Assembly: GCF_018350175.1 (NCBI RefSeq)
Contig: NC_058368.1
Span: forward strand, 46,440,001 to 46,504,000
Reading direction: 5' to 3'
DNA length: 64,000 nt
From: Felis catus
Lineage: Eukaryota
Part shown: positions 11,136 to 24,894 of the stretch, piece by piece
Layout: each line of letters starts with the position of its first letter
Numbering within the stretch: the stretch's first letter is position 1
Program-made: the position numbers and the translations under genes
The notes under the pieces: generated by a model
Database searches by the model: none
Seen by the model: only the letters and a program-made list of their open reading frames with translations
What the model was told of the DNA's origin: nothing

Positions 11136-14100
11136 ATGTTTGCATTCCTGATTTTAACCCATTACCTGTATAGATTTATTAAATTATTTTTAATTTAACA
11201 GTGTTTTGACCAGATACCGAGCCAACAACTGAAGACACAGAGTGAAAAGTATAGACATATAGATTGACTCCATATATAAAAGTGCTTGAAATTTGTCAGT
11301 AAAATGTGTATATATTTCGTAAGCTGGATTTGTTTCCTTCCATTGCATAGTACATACAAAGTCTTATAGTAAATCTACATCCTAACTGCAATTGCACCTA
11401 TAAAAGAAACATGTAGCGAGAAATATCACATAGATAAATTCAAGCAACTATTTTGAAGCAAATCTGAAATATTTCTTCACATGCAAAAACATTCTTTTTT
11501 GTGTGTGTTTTACATCTGCAAACTGGCCCTGGCTCTTCTAAGCCACATGATTAAGATAAATTAGAATAAGCTTTTAAAAATCTTTTCTAAAAAGCAAAGT
11601 TCTCTTTGAATGTATTCCAAAATGATTTCTGAATGCATTACTTAACAAAGGCACATTTCACTTTAAGAACCCATGCAACTTATAGAGGAAATAAGAAACC
11701 AGTTGAATAGGTAATGATCAGTAATGAAAAGATGACATGAAAATAAGTCAAGTTAATGAAGAATTACACACGCTTATTAAGGTGGCATTTAAGTGAGATC
11801 AAGTAAAAAATAAAGTAGTTGCTGATGGAAAATTCTAGGTACAGATTTTTTTCTTATAGAATTTTTTATAAATGTTTATAGAAGACTATAACTCAAGATA
11901 TTTCCAATATTTTGTGACGAGACACTAACAGAACAGCAGAGCAACACATTCAACTCTTTACATCGTTAAGATCTCACTTTAAATATCTCTGATTCTTACA
12001 GATAAAAGAAACATGGACAGGTAATGGTAGTCGATGTCACATGTGTTTAATTATAATCCTGAAATTCAAGACATTAATGTCTAGGAACCCCAGAAGCAAT
12101 AGATTTCCTTGAATTCAGGCCAAGAACAACAGCAGTCTAGGCGAAATTAGCTGGATGGACAGTTGACACATTCAAGGGAAAATGAATATTACTGTTGAGA
12201 ATATGAGGTTGTGTACTAATGGGAGGGATGATGCTGACCACTTTTATGATCAATTTAGAGAATTTCAAAAGAAGCACCCTGCCTGTTTCATTAAAATAAC
12301 AATATTGGCATTTCGGGCAAGTTCATATTTCTAAAGTGTTTACTTTCCAATAGTCCTCTCTCATTGATACATACAGTATTTTATTATAGATGATTGATGT
12401 GAAGCTCACTGTAATTTCAAAAATTCATAGAATATTATTATGTCATGAAATCCATGCCGAGAAAGCAATTGCCATTATAAATCAAAAAGACAACTCATAT
12501 GGACAGGTCATATGGTAACGGGTTCTCTTGGAATGGTATCCTTAAATGTAATTTATTCAATAAGTAACTTAAAGGTTATGTTTGATGAGATGAATCTCAT
12601 GCGCAAATAACTTCAAAATGTTGTTATATTGTAACATTAAGAAATTAATTTTCCTAAAATTTAGAGATATTTGCATTTATATTCATTTGAATCAACATGG
12701 GTTCCATGCAATTCTTCTTAAATATCCTCCCCTGAATACAATTCCCTATAAGGATTTCATCAAGCGCTGTAAGATTATAGATAATACAAAGGGCATTTAC
12801 TGCTTTAAGAGATGAATGAAGGTATCCAAATAGAACAGCATATTTTGAAAGACTTCACAATCCTATATTTTCACATATAGAAAATAGTTTCCAACTAGAT
12901 GTTTTAACAGAGAAAAGAACACCTCAAAAGATTGACTTCCAGGGAATAATGCATTACTAAAGGATTAAACATTTGATTTTAATATTGAATAGTGTACTTG
13001 TTTAAAGAGAATATTGGTGATATAACATTACATGTGTAAATGTAACTTGAAATAGCAACTTATAAAGATTTCATAGTCCTTTGGGATAGACAAAAAGTTT
13101 TACATTCCCTTTAATCTTTAAAAACTCAACACTGTTTCTTTAAGTCATATCCTTACATCCCAGGAAGCAGACTCAAATCATTAGAAAATACATATTTAGA
13201 AAAATAGTCTGTCCACATATCATTGCATTTCTTAAATGAAACCTGATGGGAATATGTTTGATAAAATGATAGTCCATCAAAGGACCAACATAGGAGGCAT
13301 TTCAATAAATTACATATGAATCATAAAATTCTACATATCATGATGGTCAAAAAGCAATCATTGACATAGGAGGATTTTATCAGGAGAAAAATATTTTATT
13401 TGAGATAATTGGAAGATACAAATGCAATTTTTTTAAAAACCTGAGGAAACGATTATCATCTAATGCCATAAATATGAGAGAGGGCCCATTATTCACAGAA
13501 GTGATATGCTCAGAGAGGCAAATAACTGGTATTCTATTTGGAACAAGGCATAAGGCCTGTTTTGAAAATCATCATAATAAAACTAAATATCAAATGACAT
13601 CTTGCTCTATAAGACTTTGCAAAGCATTTTGTACTACATCAGTTTCTTCACAAAATCCTATCAAGTAGGAGATATGGCAGATCTTATGTTGGTTTATAGA
13701 TGATAAAGTAAGTACTTCACAAGACAGCTTGATCTAGGAAAATAACCAGTAAACTGGAGTCAGAAAACTTGAACTGAAAACTAACTGTATCACATAAAAG
13801 TGAAACTTCGAACAAGCCTCTTAGCATTTTTTTTTCGCCTTTTAAAATGGTGTCTTAGATACCATTACCTACCGTCTGATAATTGAACAAATGAGGCCAG
13901 GTAGTATTAGTCAAGGTCACAGTGCTAGCAAGTGATGAGGGAGACAATGAAAGCCAGACTTTTCAGTTCCACCTCAGGATGACTCACCTCACAATACCAT
14001 GTTGTTTGGAAAATACGTGTCCTTTAAAAAGAATCAAAACCTACAAATTGTATTCTAATATCAACAAAGGTAAAAGAATTCCATGGTGGTCTTCTATAGG

Positions 14101-15116
14101 AAAAGGGCTTATGGCAACTTCAGTTAAAATGTGAAATGGCACAAAGATCTTGAAAGAGTTTAGTCTACTGTATATATATATCCTCAGCCATATATCAACA
14201 AGTGATCATGATAAAAAGCTCTCACATTAATTATACTGACTACTTCCTTAATGAAGTGCAAAAGTGTTTGTGTAATCTGATTCAATTTATTGAATTAGGT
14301 TACAGTTTTATCATTTTGAAAACCAGCTTCATTGTTTACTTTATAGTATATGTCAATTCATTTCCAACAATTAAATAGCACAGCATACAGCTGTAATCAA
14401 TTCAAACCAATCTCCATTTTTAAGGTCTACTACCATTTGTAGCATGCATATTTCTGAAAGCAACATATGACAGTTTAAAAATATAACAGTGGCAATGACA
14501 TTTCATATCCATAGAGCTTATTATGCTCACAGATGAAAATTTATAAAAATAATTCATTGTCATTAAGTCCTGAAAAGTAAACATGTAATAACAAATTTTA
14601 ATGTTAACTACATCTGTTAGGAATATCTATATAGTATAGTTACATGAATTTGAATAATTCACCAAACTGAGACTTTCTATAGCTAAGCTATGCATTTTTT
14701 AAAGTTACCAATTTTTTCTTAAATCCAACGGAGTTGATAGAAGCATAGAAAGTCAACAATAATCATCAATAATGCTTGGATCAGCCTGTACAATTACAAT
14801 AATAACCTTTCTCTAGCTTCATCATTTTCAGAATGATGCTATAAATTGTATCATTTGACATTCATGGCAATTCAATGAGAAAAATGATTTTGGTATCATA
14901 AAAACATTATTTTCATCAATGAAGGAATGAAGGATCAAAACATTTGACTGGCTTAATTATTACACATTGAAAAAGTGTGGTTGGAAGATTCCTATGATTT
15001 TTAAGAACGGACTCCTCTCTTGGGGACTTTATATTTTAAATTAGAAAGCCAAATAAAAGTAATTCATAGTGAAGGTCAAAGTCTTTCATTTAAATCCGTT
15101 TAAGAGGTCAAGTCTT

Positions 15117-15320
15117 GGGGTGCCTAGGTGGCTCAGTCAGTTGGGCTTCTGACTTGGCTCAGGTCATGATCTAACTGTTCATGAGTTTGAGCCCTGCATC
15201 GTGCTGTGCTGACAGCTTGGAGCCTGGAGCCTGCTTCAGATTCTGTGTCTCCCTCTCTTTCTGCCCCTCCTCCTCTCTATCTCTCTCAAAAATAAATAAA
15301 CATTAAAAAAAATTTTTTTT
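15117..15320 (+). mobile_element. Can-SINE
   Basis: Typical head, ggagcctggagcctgc insert, CT tract and tail. Confidence 0.94.
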
Positions 15321-15382
15321 AAAGGGTTCAGGTCTTTCTACTATCATTTGTGATGGTCTTCACTCATTAAAATAATATTTTG

Positions 15383-15590
15383 AGGGCACCTGGGCAGATT
15401 GGTCTGTTAAGGCTCCGTATTTCTGCTCAGGTCATGCTCTCAGGGTTCCTGAGTTTGAGCCCCATGTCAGGCTCTGAGCTGACAGCTCGGAGCTTGTTTG
15501 GGATTCTTTCTCTCCCTTTCTCTGCCCCTCCACCATGCTCTCTCTAGCTGTTTCTCTCTCTCTCTCTCAAAATAAATAAACTTAAAATAA
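15383..15590 (+). mobile_element. Can-SINE
   Basis: Typical architecture; aataatatttt flanks. Confidence 0.92.
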
Positions 15591-18492
15591 TAATATTTTT
15601 TCTACCCCTAGCTCCAAATCCTACCACAGCTATAAGTATTCTTCTATGGTACATTCAGGGATTGTTCATTTCCTCCTATGTATTAATTTTGCAACTATGT
15701 ACCCCTTCGTGGAGGACGTGTGAAAGAAGGGCAAAGAGAATAAGCATTTAAAAATTTCTTTCAACTGAAAAAAAAGTATTTGACAACTTACCATAGTCAT
15801 AGTTTTACCCACAAGGTAACTATTCCCAGGTAACAAAGAGTATGATAGCCTATAAATCTGAATCATTCATCTCAAAAGTATTTTTTTAAGTTTTTGAAAG
15901 AATGAAAGAATGTAAGAATACAGACCCTGAAGGATGGATACCCTTTAAGTAGAAAGGCTCCATGTCAAGTTTGGAAGAATAATTCAAAGTAAAATGAAAT
16001 GTCATCATCAAATTTTATAATTAGAAGGGAACAAAACAATCTTACTGATCTACTTCCCTCCAATGCAAAATTACCTTCAAAGTTCCCTAACAGTGATTAC
16101 TAAGATAAGAAATAGATGGCTGATGGTCAGGGAGGGATATAATTTCTTTTTCAAGCTAATGCTCTTTTGTGTCATCAACAATATGGCCTAAAAAGAGATA
16201 ATTAAATATAAAAACTATGGCTAAGAACTCTTCATCCCTCTTTCTTCTTGAAGTCTTCTGTCAGTAGGGAAAGTTAAGGCTTTATGACTAAGGTTTTACT
16301 CTTAGATAGTTCTCCATGTTAGCAAGGCTCTTTTTTATGGAAGCCAATGTAGACCTCTCTATAATTACTGTCCATTAGTTACATTTCTGTCTTTAAAAGA
16401 GTACAGTGTGAGTCTACTCTATCATCCACTTTCAGACTCTCTGTAAGTCTTCATGAGACCAAACATCACCAACATGTAAATCCCTAGCATCTAGACTATT
16501 CTAATGCTCACCAGTTTGTCAGTGTTCTATTATAAATTGTGGTGCCATGACTGAACACATTATAGCTGTCATCTGGAATGTTGAGCAAAGTAGTATTGTT
16601 TCCTTCTATCTGGACTTTATATTCCTATCCACTTAAGTTTAGGTTTACGTTAGTGTTTTCAGAAGTTTTATCACAATGTTGGTTTATATGATTACATAAC
16701 CAAATAAAACCCATAGGTTTTATCATGCAGAAAGTTTTCAGATCAAATCATAAGTTCATTCATGACCAGGGCCATAAATGTTTTAAGAGACTGAATGCAA
16801 GGCTTTATTAATATCTGTGTCATTCCGACATCTTTCAAGTTGTCTTGAAAACTTTGGTCCTGTCAACACTTTCAATGATCATTCCACTTCTTTATAAAGA
16901 AGAACTGAAGTTGTAAGACTTAACCCCGAATGAATGGAGAAAATATCTTAAAAGTCCAGCATGATATGGTTGAACTCCTTACAACAAACCAAGAGCATAT
17001 CATTAAGGGAAAGAGTTGAAGCTTACTTCAGAGGGGACAGTCTATCTAGGACAGAGAAGGAGACTACACAAACAATTGTTATCTTGCTTTCCATGACATT
17101 TTTCTACAACATTTCTAGGACTATTCAAAATATATTGGTTGTTTTTTTCTGAATCAACAATATTTGTATTTCTAACTTCTCTTAGGGAGGGAAATGGGAT
17201 AGTAATAGCACCTCCTACTGGTCAAGAAATTGAAGGGAGCAAGAAAAGACAACATGTGTCATACCTTATAACCAAGGGATTAGAACCCTGTCGAGCATCT
17301 CATGATAAATGGATAATCCACAAAGCTGTAGCTAATCCACATACCATCCACCATCATAATCAAAAGTTGACTCAAAACCTGGTTTGCTTTTCTTAACGTA
17401 AATAAACTTCCCTTTTGTCAAAGAAAGCAACATATTACTAAAAAGGAAGCGAATAATACCTTGCAATTAGTCAATTAAGGATATTAGCAACTTCATTATT
17501 TCAAATCTACTGAGAGAGAAGTGTAAGTAGATCCTAACGTATACTGTGGCCTAGTATAGTCATGTCAGATTATAGCACTCAATAGAAACTCGGACCAGAG
17601 AAACAATTTAGGGAAGAAAGGACTGTAATTGTCTTCTAAATTAAGTAGAAGAGAGCCTGTCCAAAAGTCTAGCAATATGTGGTTATTTAATTAAATCTAA
17701 AAATAACAGATCTTTGCTCTAAAAGCTTAGAAAAAAATACATTTATGAATTTCTATTATGCAAGTAATAGACCCAGGGCATATTGTGATTTGACTGAAAT
17801 GCTTCATTCTAATGCACATTACATATTTAATAATGTAAAAATATTTATTATGTAGTTCCTCATACCAAAACTGTATGTACATTTAGTTAAATTAAGAGCT
17901 ATATTTTATTCATGTATGTATTAAATTAGTTCTATATCAAGATACTGTGGGCACAATGAGGATTCCAACCCTTAAGAAGAGTATAATATAGTATATAATA
18001 TGCAGGAACTTCAAAGACTAATGTGTTCTATGTTGCCATTTTATTCCTATAAATATTGCTTCTCTAGACTATCAATCTGGAGACAGAAATTTCATCAATT
18101 GTCGATATAATTAAATGTAGCCATCACAACCTATAAACAAACTAATAATGGTCCTCCATATAATTAATACACCTCCTTTAGGCTCTACACTGAGTCTTTA
18201 ATCTGGAGTCCAACCACACTTAATAGGATTTTTAAGCTATTTTCAGTGTTTAAATTTGTACCTTGGAAGCATAATAATTCCTCTCAGAAATCCTTTACTA
18301 AATATATATTAGCCATATTCACTGAACAAATATTTATTTTAAATATCAGCTCTGTGGCAAGCAATATTCTACATACTGGGATACCACAGTGAACAAATAA
18401 GAATCACAAAAGTCTCCCAAATGTTATTTTTATGCATGTCTACCACACCACGCTGGGGTCCCTTCACAGTACCTTGCCTGGTCACTTGCAGG

Positions 18493-18676
18493 ATATGGTA
18501 AACTAATATGACCCCCAAATGATGCCCACTTTATATGGAAAAAGATACTTTGCTGATATGATTATGTTAAGGATCTGGAGGTGAGATTTTCCTGGATTAT
18601 CTAATGGGCTCTAAATACAAGTATCCTTACAAGGTAGGCAGAAGGAAATTTGATTCAGGTGTGCACCCGCACCCAC

Positions 18677-18719
<43 letters not shown>

Positions 18720-18977
18720 TAAACACACACAGGAAAAGGCAGGAATTAGAGTGAGGGAACTACAGACCAAGAAGAAACTCTGGCAATTACTAGAAGCTCA
18801 GTGTCAAGGAACAAAGGCTCCCTAAGAGCCACCAGCAACTGTTGTCCTGCTGACACCTTGGTTTGGCCCAAAATATCAATTTTGGACTTCTCCAAAACTA
18901 TGAGAAAATAAATTATCATTTGTCTAAGTCACCAAATATGTGATAATTTGTTACAGCAGCCACAGGAAACGAATACG
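18493..18977 (+). mobile_element. MaLR solo LTR (MLT1D-like) with an internal (CACATA)n expansion
   Basis: MLT1 hallmarks: gatatgatt..ttaaggat, cctggattatc, ctgctgacaccttg, aatttgttacagcagccacaggaaac. Confidence 0.8.
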
Positions 18978-20879
18978 GTATCCAGTAAAAGTTTTAAAAC
19001 TAAATAAGTTACGTGATGAAGGCTACTGTTTAGGCTGGCCTTTCCTAAAGGGAGAAAAAAGATATTTTATTTTTCTTTTCAAGAAAAATATAAAAGGAAC
19101 GTGTATTAAATACTGATAAGTTAAATGCACTACTCTCAAATGTCTAGTAATTAAACTTCACAAATGTTCCCCACATATAAATGTATGAAAACACATATAT
19201 ATACATACTACATAACATTAATGGCTTAAATAGTTTATATTATCTGTACTTTTTGAGTAAAGCATTGAGAACACTGTTATGTTTCATTTATTAAGGAAGA
19301 CAATCAATCCATTTGTGGCTGTTTTACTTGTGCATTTTTCTGTTATCCTTACTTGTGAGTCTTCCCAGGGAATACAATGCATTTGTTATAATATACTCCT
19401 CAACATGCAAGGCACATTTCCACACTATGAATTTTCTCCTCAGAAGTTGAAAGGCTTAATGCATTTAAAATATTATAAATGCTGATATTGCAAAAAAGAG
19501 GTAGTTCAAAGGTTGCTGCTGGTTAGTTAGTAGCGTTTAGCAAGAAAAACAAAAATATGTAAACTCTGAAAATACTCCTCTGAATGCTTTCTTATAATCT
19601 TTTTGTTTTTTAAAAAGGAATGTTTCCATGGGATTAAGTCTGGATTAACATTGTCCTGGTCTAGTATCTTTTCCACAAAGATAAAATTGTGCTTAGAAGT
19701 TCTTATTTTTTAAGCAAAGTGCATGTGTGTGTACGACAGCTTTCTGTATCTTGAATGCATATTGGTTATGTGCCTAGAAGGTCACAATGAGAGAAAAAAA
19801 TATGGCCAAGAAGCAAAACTATAAATCACCCAATCAATTTGAGAATATTAAAAAAAATTAAGTCAAATACAAATACTTACTAACTTACTTCTTAATACTT
19901 ATATAAAATTATACTCCAAAACTAGTTTGCATTCTGCCCTAAAGATAAAATCAGGAAGATGGCCAAATATGCTAGCCAAATTGCACTCCTGGCACAGGAG
20001 GGGAGTATTTAGCATTCTTAAATAATTTTCTTCCTTCATTGTAAAATACACACAATTCTATAAAAAGTATGAATGTTATTGGAACTCTGTTGCTAGGATG
20101 AATTTATTCCAAACTGGTACTTGTTATCAAAAATGATTTATGACATGTACTCAGTCCAAATAAAGGTAGAGAGCACTACAGGAGGCACTGCGTTGTAAGA
20201 CTCTACAAAGAGCCTTCTTTCTTTCATTAACTTCCACTTCGGGTTGCTATGGCATCCAGTGACAACCATAAATTTTGGAAATTATCACCATCTGCCCACG
20301 CCCCCTTCTAAGGTTACATAGAAGCCCACTCAAGCAACCAAAATAACAAATAAAAACTTGATAAGCAATCTCAAAGTTTTTCTTTTAATTATAGATACCT
20401 AAGTATGTAATATTAGGGCTGGGAAAAGCCTTTTTTTTTTAACATAAAAATAGCCATTTTTTTCCCGAGAAAACAGATGTCTCCAGGAAAGATTATTATT
20501 TAATTCCTGTGTTCAATTGTTGAAAAGGAAACATGAGGGAATGATTAGGAACAAATTGATAGATTTTAGAAATTTGTCAAAATTAATAATTTTTCTTTTT
20601 CACAAGACCAATTTTGGCAACTTCAAAGGTAAATTTGCATTGTTTATACTTTTCAAATGGTAATACTGGGAGTCCAAAATTACAGATCAATGTTCACAGG
20701 TAGGTTACAATTTAAATCTTAGAAAGGATTTGAGATTTGGGGGTCAGGGGTTGTTTTTTCTCTCTTTGTTTTGTTGAGGATTAAATGCTCATTTGTTTTA
20801 TTAGTTTTAGAAACATGATTTCCAAGTCTTTGAAAGATACTGATATAACTATAGATTCTTGGAAATAAATATTAAAGAT

Positions 20880-21050
20880 TCCAACTTCAGCTCAAGTTAT
20901 GAACAGTTCGTGAGTTCCAGCCCCACACTGGGCTCTGTACTGACAGCTTAGAGCCTGGAGCCTGCTTCAAATTCTGTGTCTCCTCTTTTGCCCCTCCACT
21001 GCTCACTCTCTCTCTCCCTCTCTCAAAAATAAACATTAAAAAAAAGAAAA
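20880..21050 (+). mobile_element. 5'-truncated Can-SINE
   Basis: Starts at ccaacttcagctca; has the CT tract and aataaacattaaaa tail. Confidence 0.9.
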
Positions 21051-21605
21051 ATTCCAAACCTACAGGTTAAAAACATAGTAGAAACATCATCAAACTAGTT
21101 TGCTTAATATCAACAATATTTATATATAACTTCTTCATAAATTTAAAATAATAACTAACATACTTCACCTTCCCCATCTTAGGAAGAAAAAATAATGTTT
21201 TATTTTTTAAAGAAGCTCAGAAATATGAAAAATAAAGTAGCAAATATAAGTAAAGTCATAGGACATAAGAGTCTATATATTCATATTACATCATATTCCC
21301 TGAATACACTAAGTTTTCCCTGGGAGGAAAGTGTTACATTCTTTAGAGAATTATAAGATTTCTTCAAGACCATTAGATTTCCAGTTAAAGTTAACGTTTA
21401 AGGATAGTAAATAATCCAAAGAATGGAGATATTAGCCTGTGTTCCCTAAAATCTAAATTTCTCCATCTAAAAAAGTTTATGCAAAAAAGACCAATTATAT
21501 TGAATATATCAATATAATTCATGTGCAAGAGTCAAACTCCTGGCAGGTGCAAATCTTTGGACAATCTCTAAAAAAAAAAAAAAACAAAAACAAAAAAAAA
21601 GTGAA

Positions 21606-21920
21606 ATACTCATATGTGGAATTTAAAAAACAAAACAGACGAACACAGGGGAAAGTAAATAAAAAAGAGAGGAAGGCAAACCTTTAGAGACTCTCCACTA
21701 GAGAGAACAAACAGGGTTGATGGAGGGAGGTGGATGAGAGATCGGCTAAATGGGTGATGGGTATTAAGGAGGGCACCTTTTGTAATGAGCACTGGGTGTT
21801 ATATGTAAGTGATGAATCACTAAGTTCTACTCCTGAAACTAATATTACACTATATGTTAAGTAACTAAAAGTTAAATAAAAACTTGAAATAAACAGAAAA
21901 AAAAACAAAAAAAAAAAGAA
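21606..21920 (+). mobile_element. L1 3' UTR fragment (carnivore L1) with poly(A)
   Basis: catatgtggaattta...gggtgatgggtattaaggagggcac...aaataaaa, then an A tail; aagtgaaata on both sides. Confidence 0.9.
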
Positions 21921-22244
21921 AATAAGTGAAATAGGTAATAATGAACTTATGCTCTCTGTCTTACATTCACTGGGCTCTATAATTTAAGACCTACTTTTCC
22001 ATCCATTTTACTCTCCTGATGAGTCTCTATTTCCTTATCCATCTCTAGAATATGACTTTTTAAGGTCTTCTTCAATATAATTCTTAATAAGCTTGAAAGA
22101 AATTCTGGTTTGGGGGTTCACAATATACTAGGAAGAACAAAAGTAAAGAAACAAAGGGAAGAAAAAGCCAAAAATGATGTCTCAGAAGAACAGCACAGCA
22201 ACTGAAATATAAGAAATTGATCCTACTTCAAAAATGAATGTCTA

Positions 22245-22478
22245 CTTATGTGGATCCTGAGAAACTTAACAGAAGACCATGGGGGAAGGGAAAGAAAAAA
22301 AAAAGTTAGAGAGGGAGGGAGCCAAACCATAAGAGACTCTTAAAAACTGACAACAATCTGAGGGTTGATGGGGGTGGGAGGTAGGGGAGGGTGGGTGATG
22401 GGCATTGAGGAGGGCACCTGTTGGGATGAGCACTGGGGGTTGTATGGAAACCAATTTGACAATAAATTTCATATTAAA
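22245..22478 (+). mobile_element. Feline L1 (L1_Fc-like) 3' end with 15-bp TSD
   Basis: atgtggatcctgagaaacttaacagaagaccat...gacaataaatttcat; TSD aaaaatgaatgtcta at 22230-22244 and 22479-22493. Confidence 0.93.
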
Positions 22479-23756
22479 AAAAATGAATGTCTATAATAAT
22501 GAGTCAAGTTTAAATTATCTTGAGTGTCTCTGTTCCACCAAGCCACAGAAGTATGTAATATATTTCAGAAAGGGGTCTATCGAGAATAACTTAATATGTT
22601 GATTTTGAGTTTTGGTATATGATCATAAGTTATTTAGAAATTTTACTTACCCCAAAGTTACTTAATGTTGTTAACTAAGTAAGGTGTTGCTATTCTTAGA
22701 TTCCGCTAAAATCATCTTATTTCATCAATGCTTTGGTAATGAACTATTTATTGTCTTCTCCGCAAAAGATTAAATATTGGCAGACAATTTGGAACCAAAT
22801 CTTCCCTACCTTAGTATGAATACAATCTAGAATACCTTTCATCCGTAAGATAACTGCAACACAAACTTTTCAAATACAGAATAATGATTATTAAAATGAT
22901 TTTTTTTAACTCTCCCTAACACAGTTCTTTGAGAAGTTAATTAAGTCAACAATTCTTAGGTCTTTCTTCTAGCACCCCTGTGTCTTTCAACCATAAAACA
23001 TGAACAGTTAATATTTTAGTTATATCTAGCCTATGTGGTACAAAAAAAAAAATCGCCCATTTTTTTTTTATTCCGGAAATTTGTCTAGTTAAATAAAAAC
23101 AGCTAAACTTACGTGCCTATTTCTTTTCTAAATCTCAAATTTGGAATTAGAATTTCAGCCAGTAGGATTCAATCACTAGAAACATGACTAATTAAACAAA
23201 TGGAAATGATGATACTATTTCTGTAATTGGGTCATTTTCAGCTATTGATTTCATTTTTCTATGTCTAAATTTTTCATCTGCAAAATTAGCATAAAAATAC
23301 AACTCTCCCTGGCACTTTAGATAACTTATTGTTAGGTATATACTGTGGTACCTTCCTGGAAAAGAGTTAAATATAAAAAGAATGAACAAATAGCTTTACA
23401 TTCAACTCAACAGATGTTTTTGATAAAAGTCCACAAAGGTGAAGGAATTATCCAGATATTGTGACAAAAATAAAAGTGAATTAAAACAGGCATGCTTTTA
23501 AATAACTTTCAATCAAATATGAAATATGAAATCAGATTATCCATGGTGGTATCATAGCACAGAGAAGGAGAAATGTTACAAAACAAAAATAAAACACTGA
23601 TACGGGAATTCAGAGAAAAAAATAAAGACTCTTTCCTTATCTTGCCAGATTATGCTTCCTGTATCAGTTGTGTTACATGGCAACTGTGTTCATACGTAAA
23701 TCTCCTCAATAAACTCCTTTGATGGTAAGAATTAATAACAAATAAAATCATCATCA

Positions 23757-23923
23757 GGGCACCTACGTGGCTCAGTCAGCTAAGCATCTGGCTCTTGGTT
23801 TTGGCTCAGGTCATGATCTCACGGGTTGTGTGATTGAGCCCTGCATCTGAGCTGACTGACAAGGCAGAGATTGCTTTGAATTCTCTCTCTATGCCCCTCC
23901 CCACGTTCATGCATGCACTTTCA

Positions 23924-23969
<46 letters not shown>

Positions 23970-24005
23970 ATAAATAAATAAACTTAAAGAAAATAAAAAT
24001 GAATG
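23757..24005 (+). mobile_element. Can-SINE with long (CT)n
   Basis: TSD aaatcatcatca at 23745-23756 and 24006-24017. Confidence 0.93.
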
Positions 24006-24752
24006 AAATCATCATCATTATAATTATAATTTGCTCATGGATCTGGATGAAACGTGGAAAGTGGGCAAACATATGTAAGTAAATAAAAGAATCAATGAAC
24101 ACATCCAGGTGGTAGAAATCAAATGAGTTATTTTTATATTTAGCGCATCATTGAGATTGTTTATGGCATGGAACTTATGCAGTCAAGACAATTCTTTTTC
24201 TTGCACTTTTTCAAAATTCTAGTAATAAACATCTTTCAGATGTTTCTAATGGAAATGTATTCACACTGTAGTTTGAAAAAATAGGAGATATTTTATTGAC
24301 ATAGTTACTGTCTTGTTTGGATGCATTTCAATCTATTTCTGAGTTCTTATGAATGAAAAAAATAAACTTAGAATCCAGAGACCTAGATACAAATAACCAC
24401 TAACAGTTTTGAGCAAATTGACCTTGGGAAAGTCACTTGATTCTCTCCTAGCTTCCATTACTTACCAGGAAAACAGAGATTATCACTTGTTGTTTGATAT
24501 TAGTGAGCAGATTAATTACAATAACTCCTAGCACAGTGCTCAACTTAGCTTCCTTCATTTTATTTTAAATAAATAAATGATGATAACCACAATGCAATTT
24601 CTCGATAAATTCTCACTGGTAACATTATGTTAGTGTGCACAAAACACAACTGATGGTTATAAGCACCTATGTAAACATAGATATGCATATATAAAAAACT
24701 ATGGTATTGGCTGATTTTCAACATTTTTGGCATAAATGAGCAGCATTCTTAC

Positions 24753-24868
24753 CTGTTGGTGGGATTATCCCAGGAGACATGAGGCCAGGGACAGAATGTG
24801 GCATGATATGAGAGTTCTCTGGGGAGGTGACACTTTGAGTCCTCTTAGGAGGCCTTCCAGGTCTAGAA
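24753..24868 (-). CDS. DACH1: DACH1 internal coding exon (exon 2), 116 bp: end of the Dachshund-box N domain plus the following linker
   Basis: Minus strand reads ttttttgtttatttgtttcag|T TCT AGA CCT GGA AGG CCT CCT AAG AGG...CCA CCA ACA G|gtaaga. Translation SRPGRPPKRTQSVTSPENSHIMPHSVPGLMSPGIIPPT matches the recalled mammalian DACH1 sequence; DACH2 diverges after RPGRPPKR. Canonical acceptor with a pyrimidine tract, a TTAAT branch-like motif about 30 nt upstream, and a GTAAGA donor. Length is 1+38x3+1 nt. Confidence 0.96.
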
Positions 24869-24894
24869 CTGAAACAAATAAACAAAAAATTTTT

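Larger units (their letters stand above)
1..24752 (-). other. DACH1: DACH1 intron downstream of exon 2 (intron 2, partial)
   Basis: Follows the GTAAGA donor ending at 24752. The next exon (GLTAAAAAAAAA...) was not seen in the window. Confidence 0.85.
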
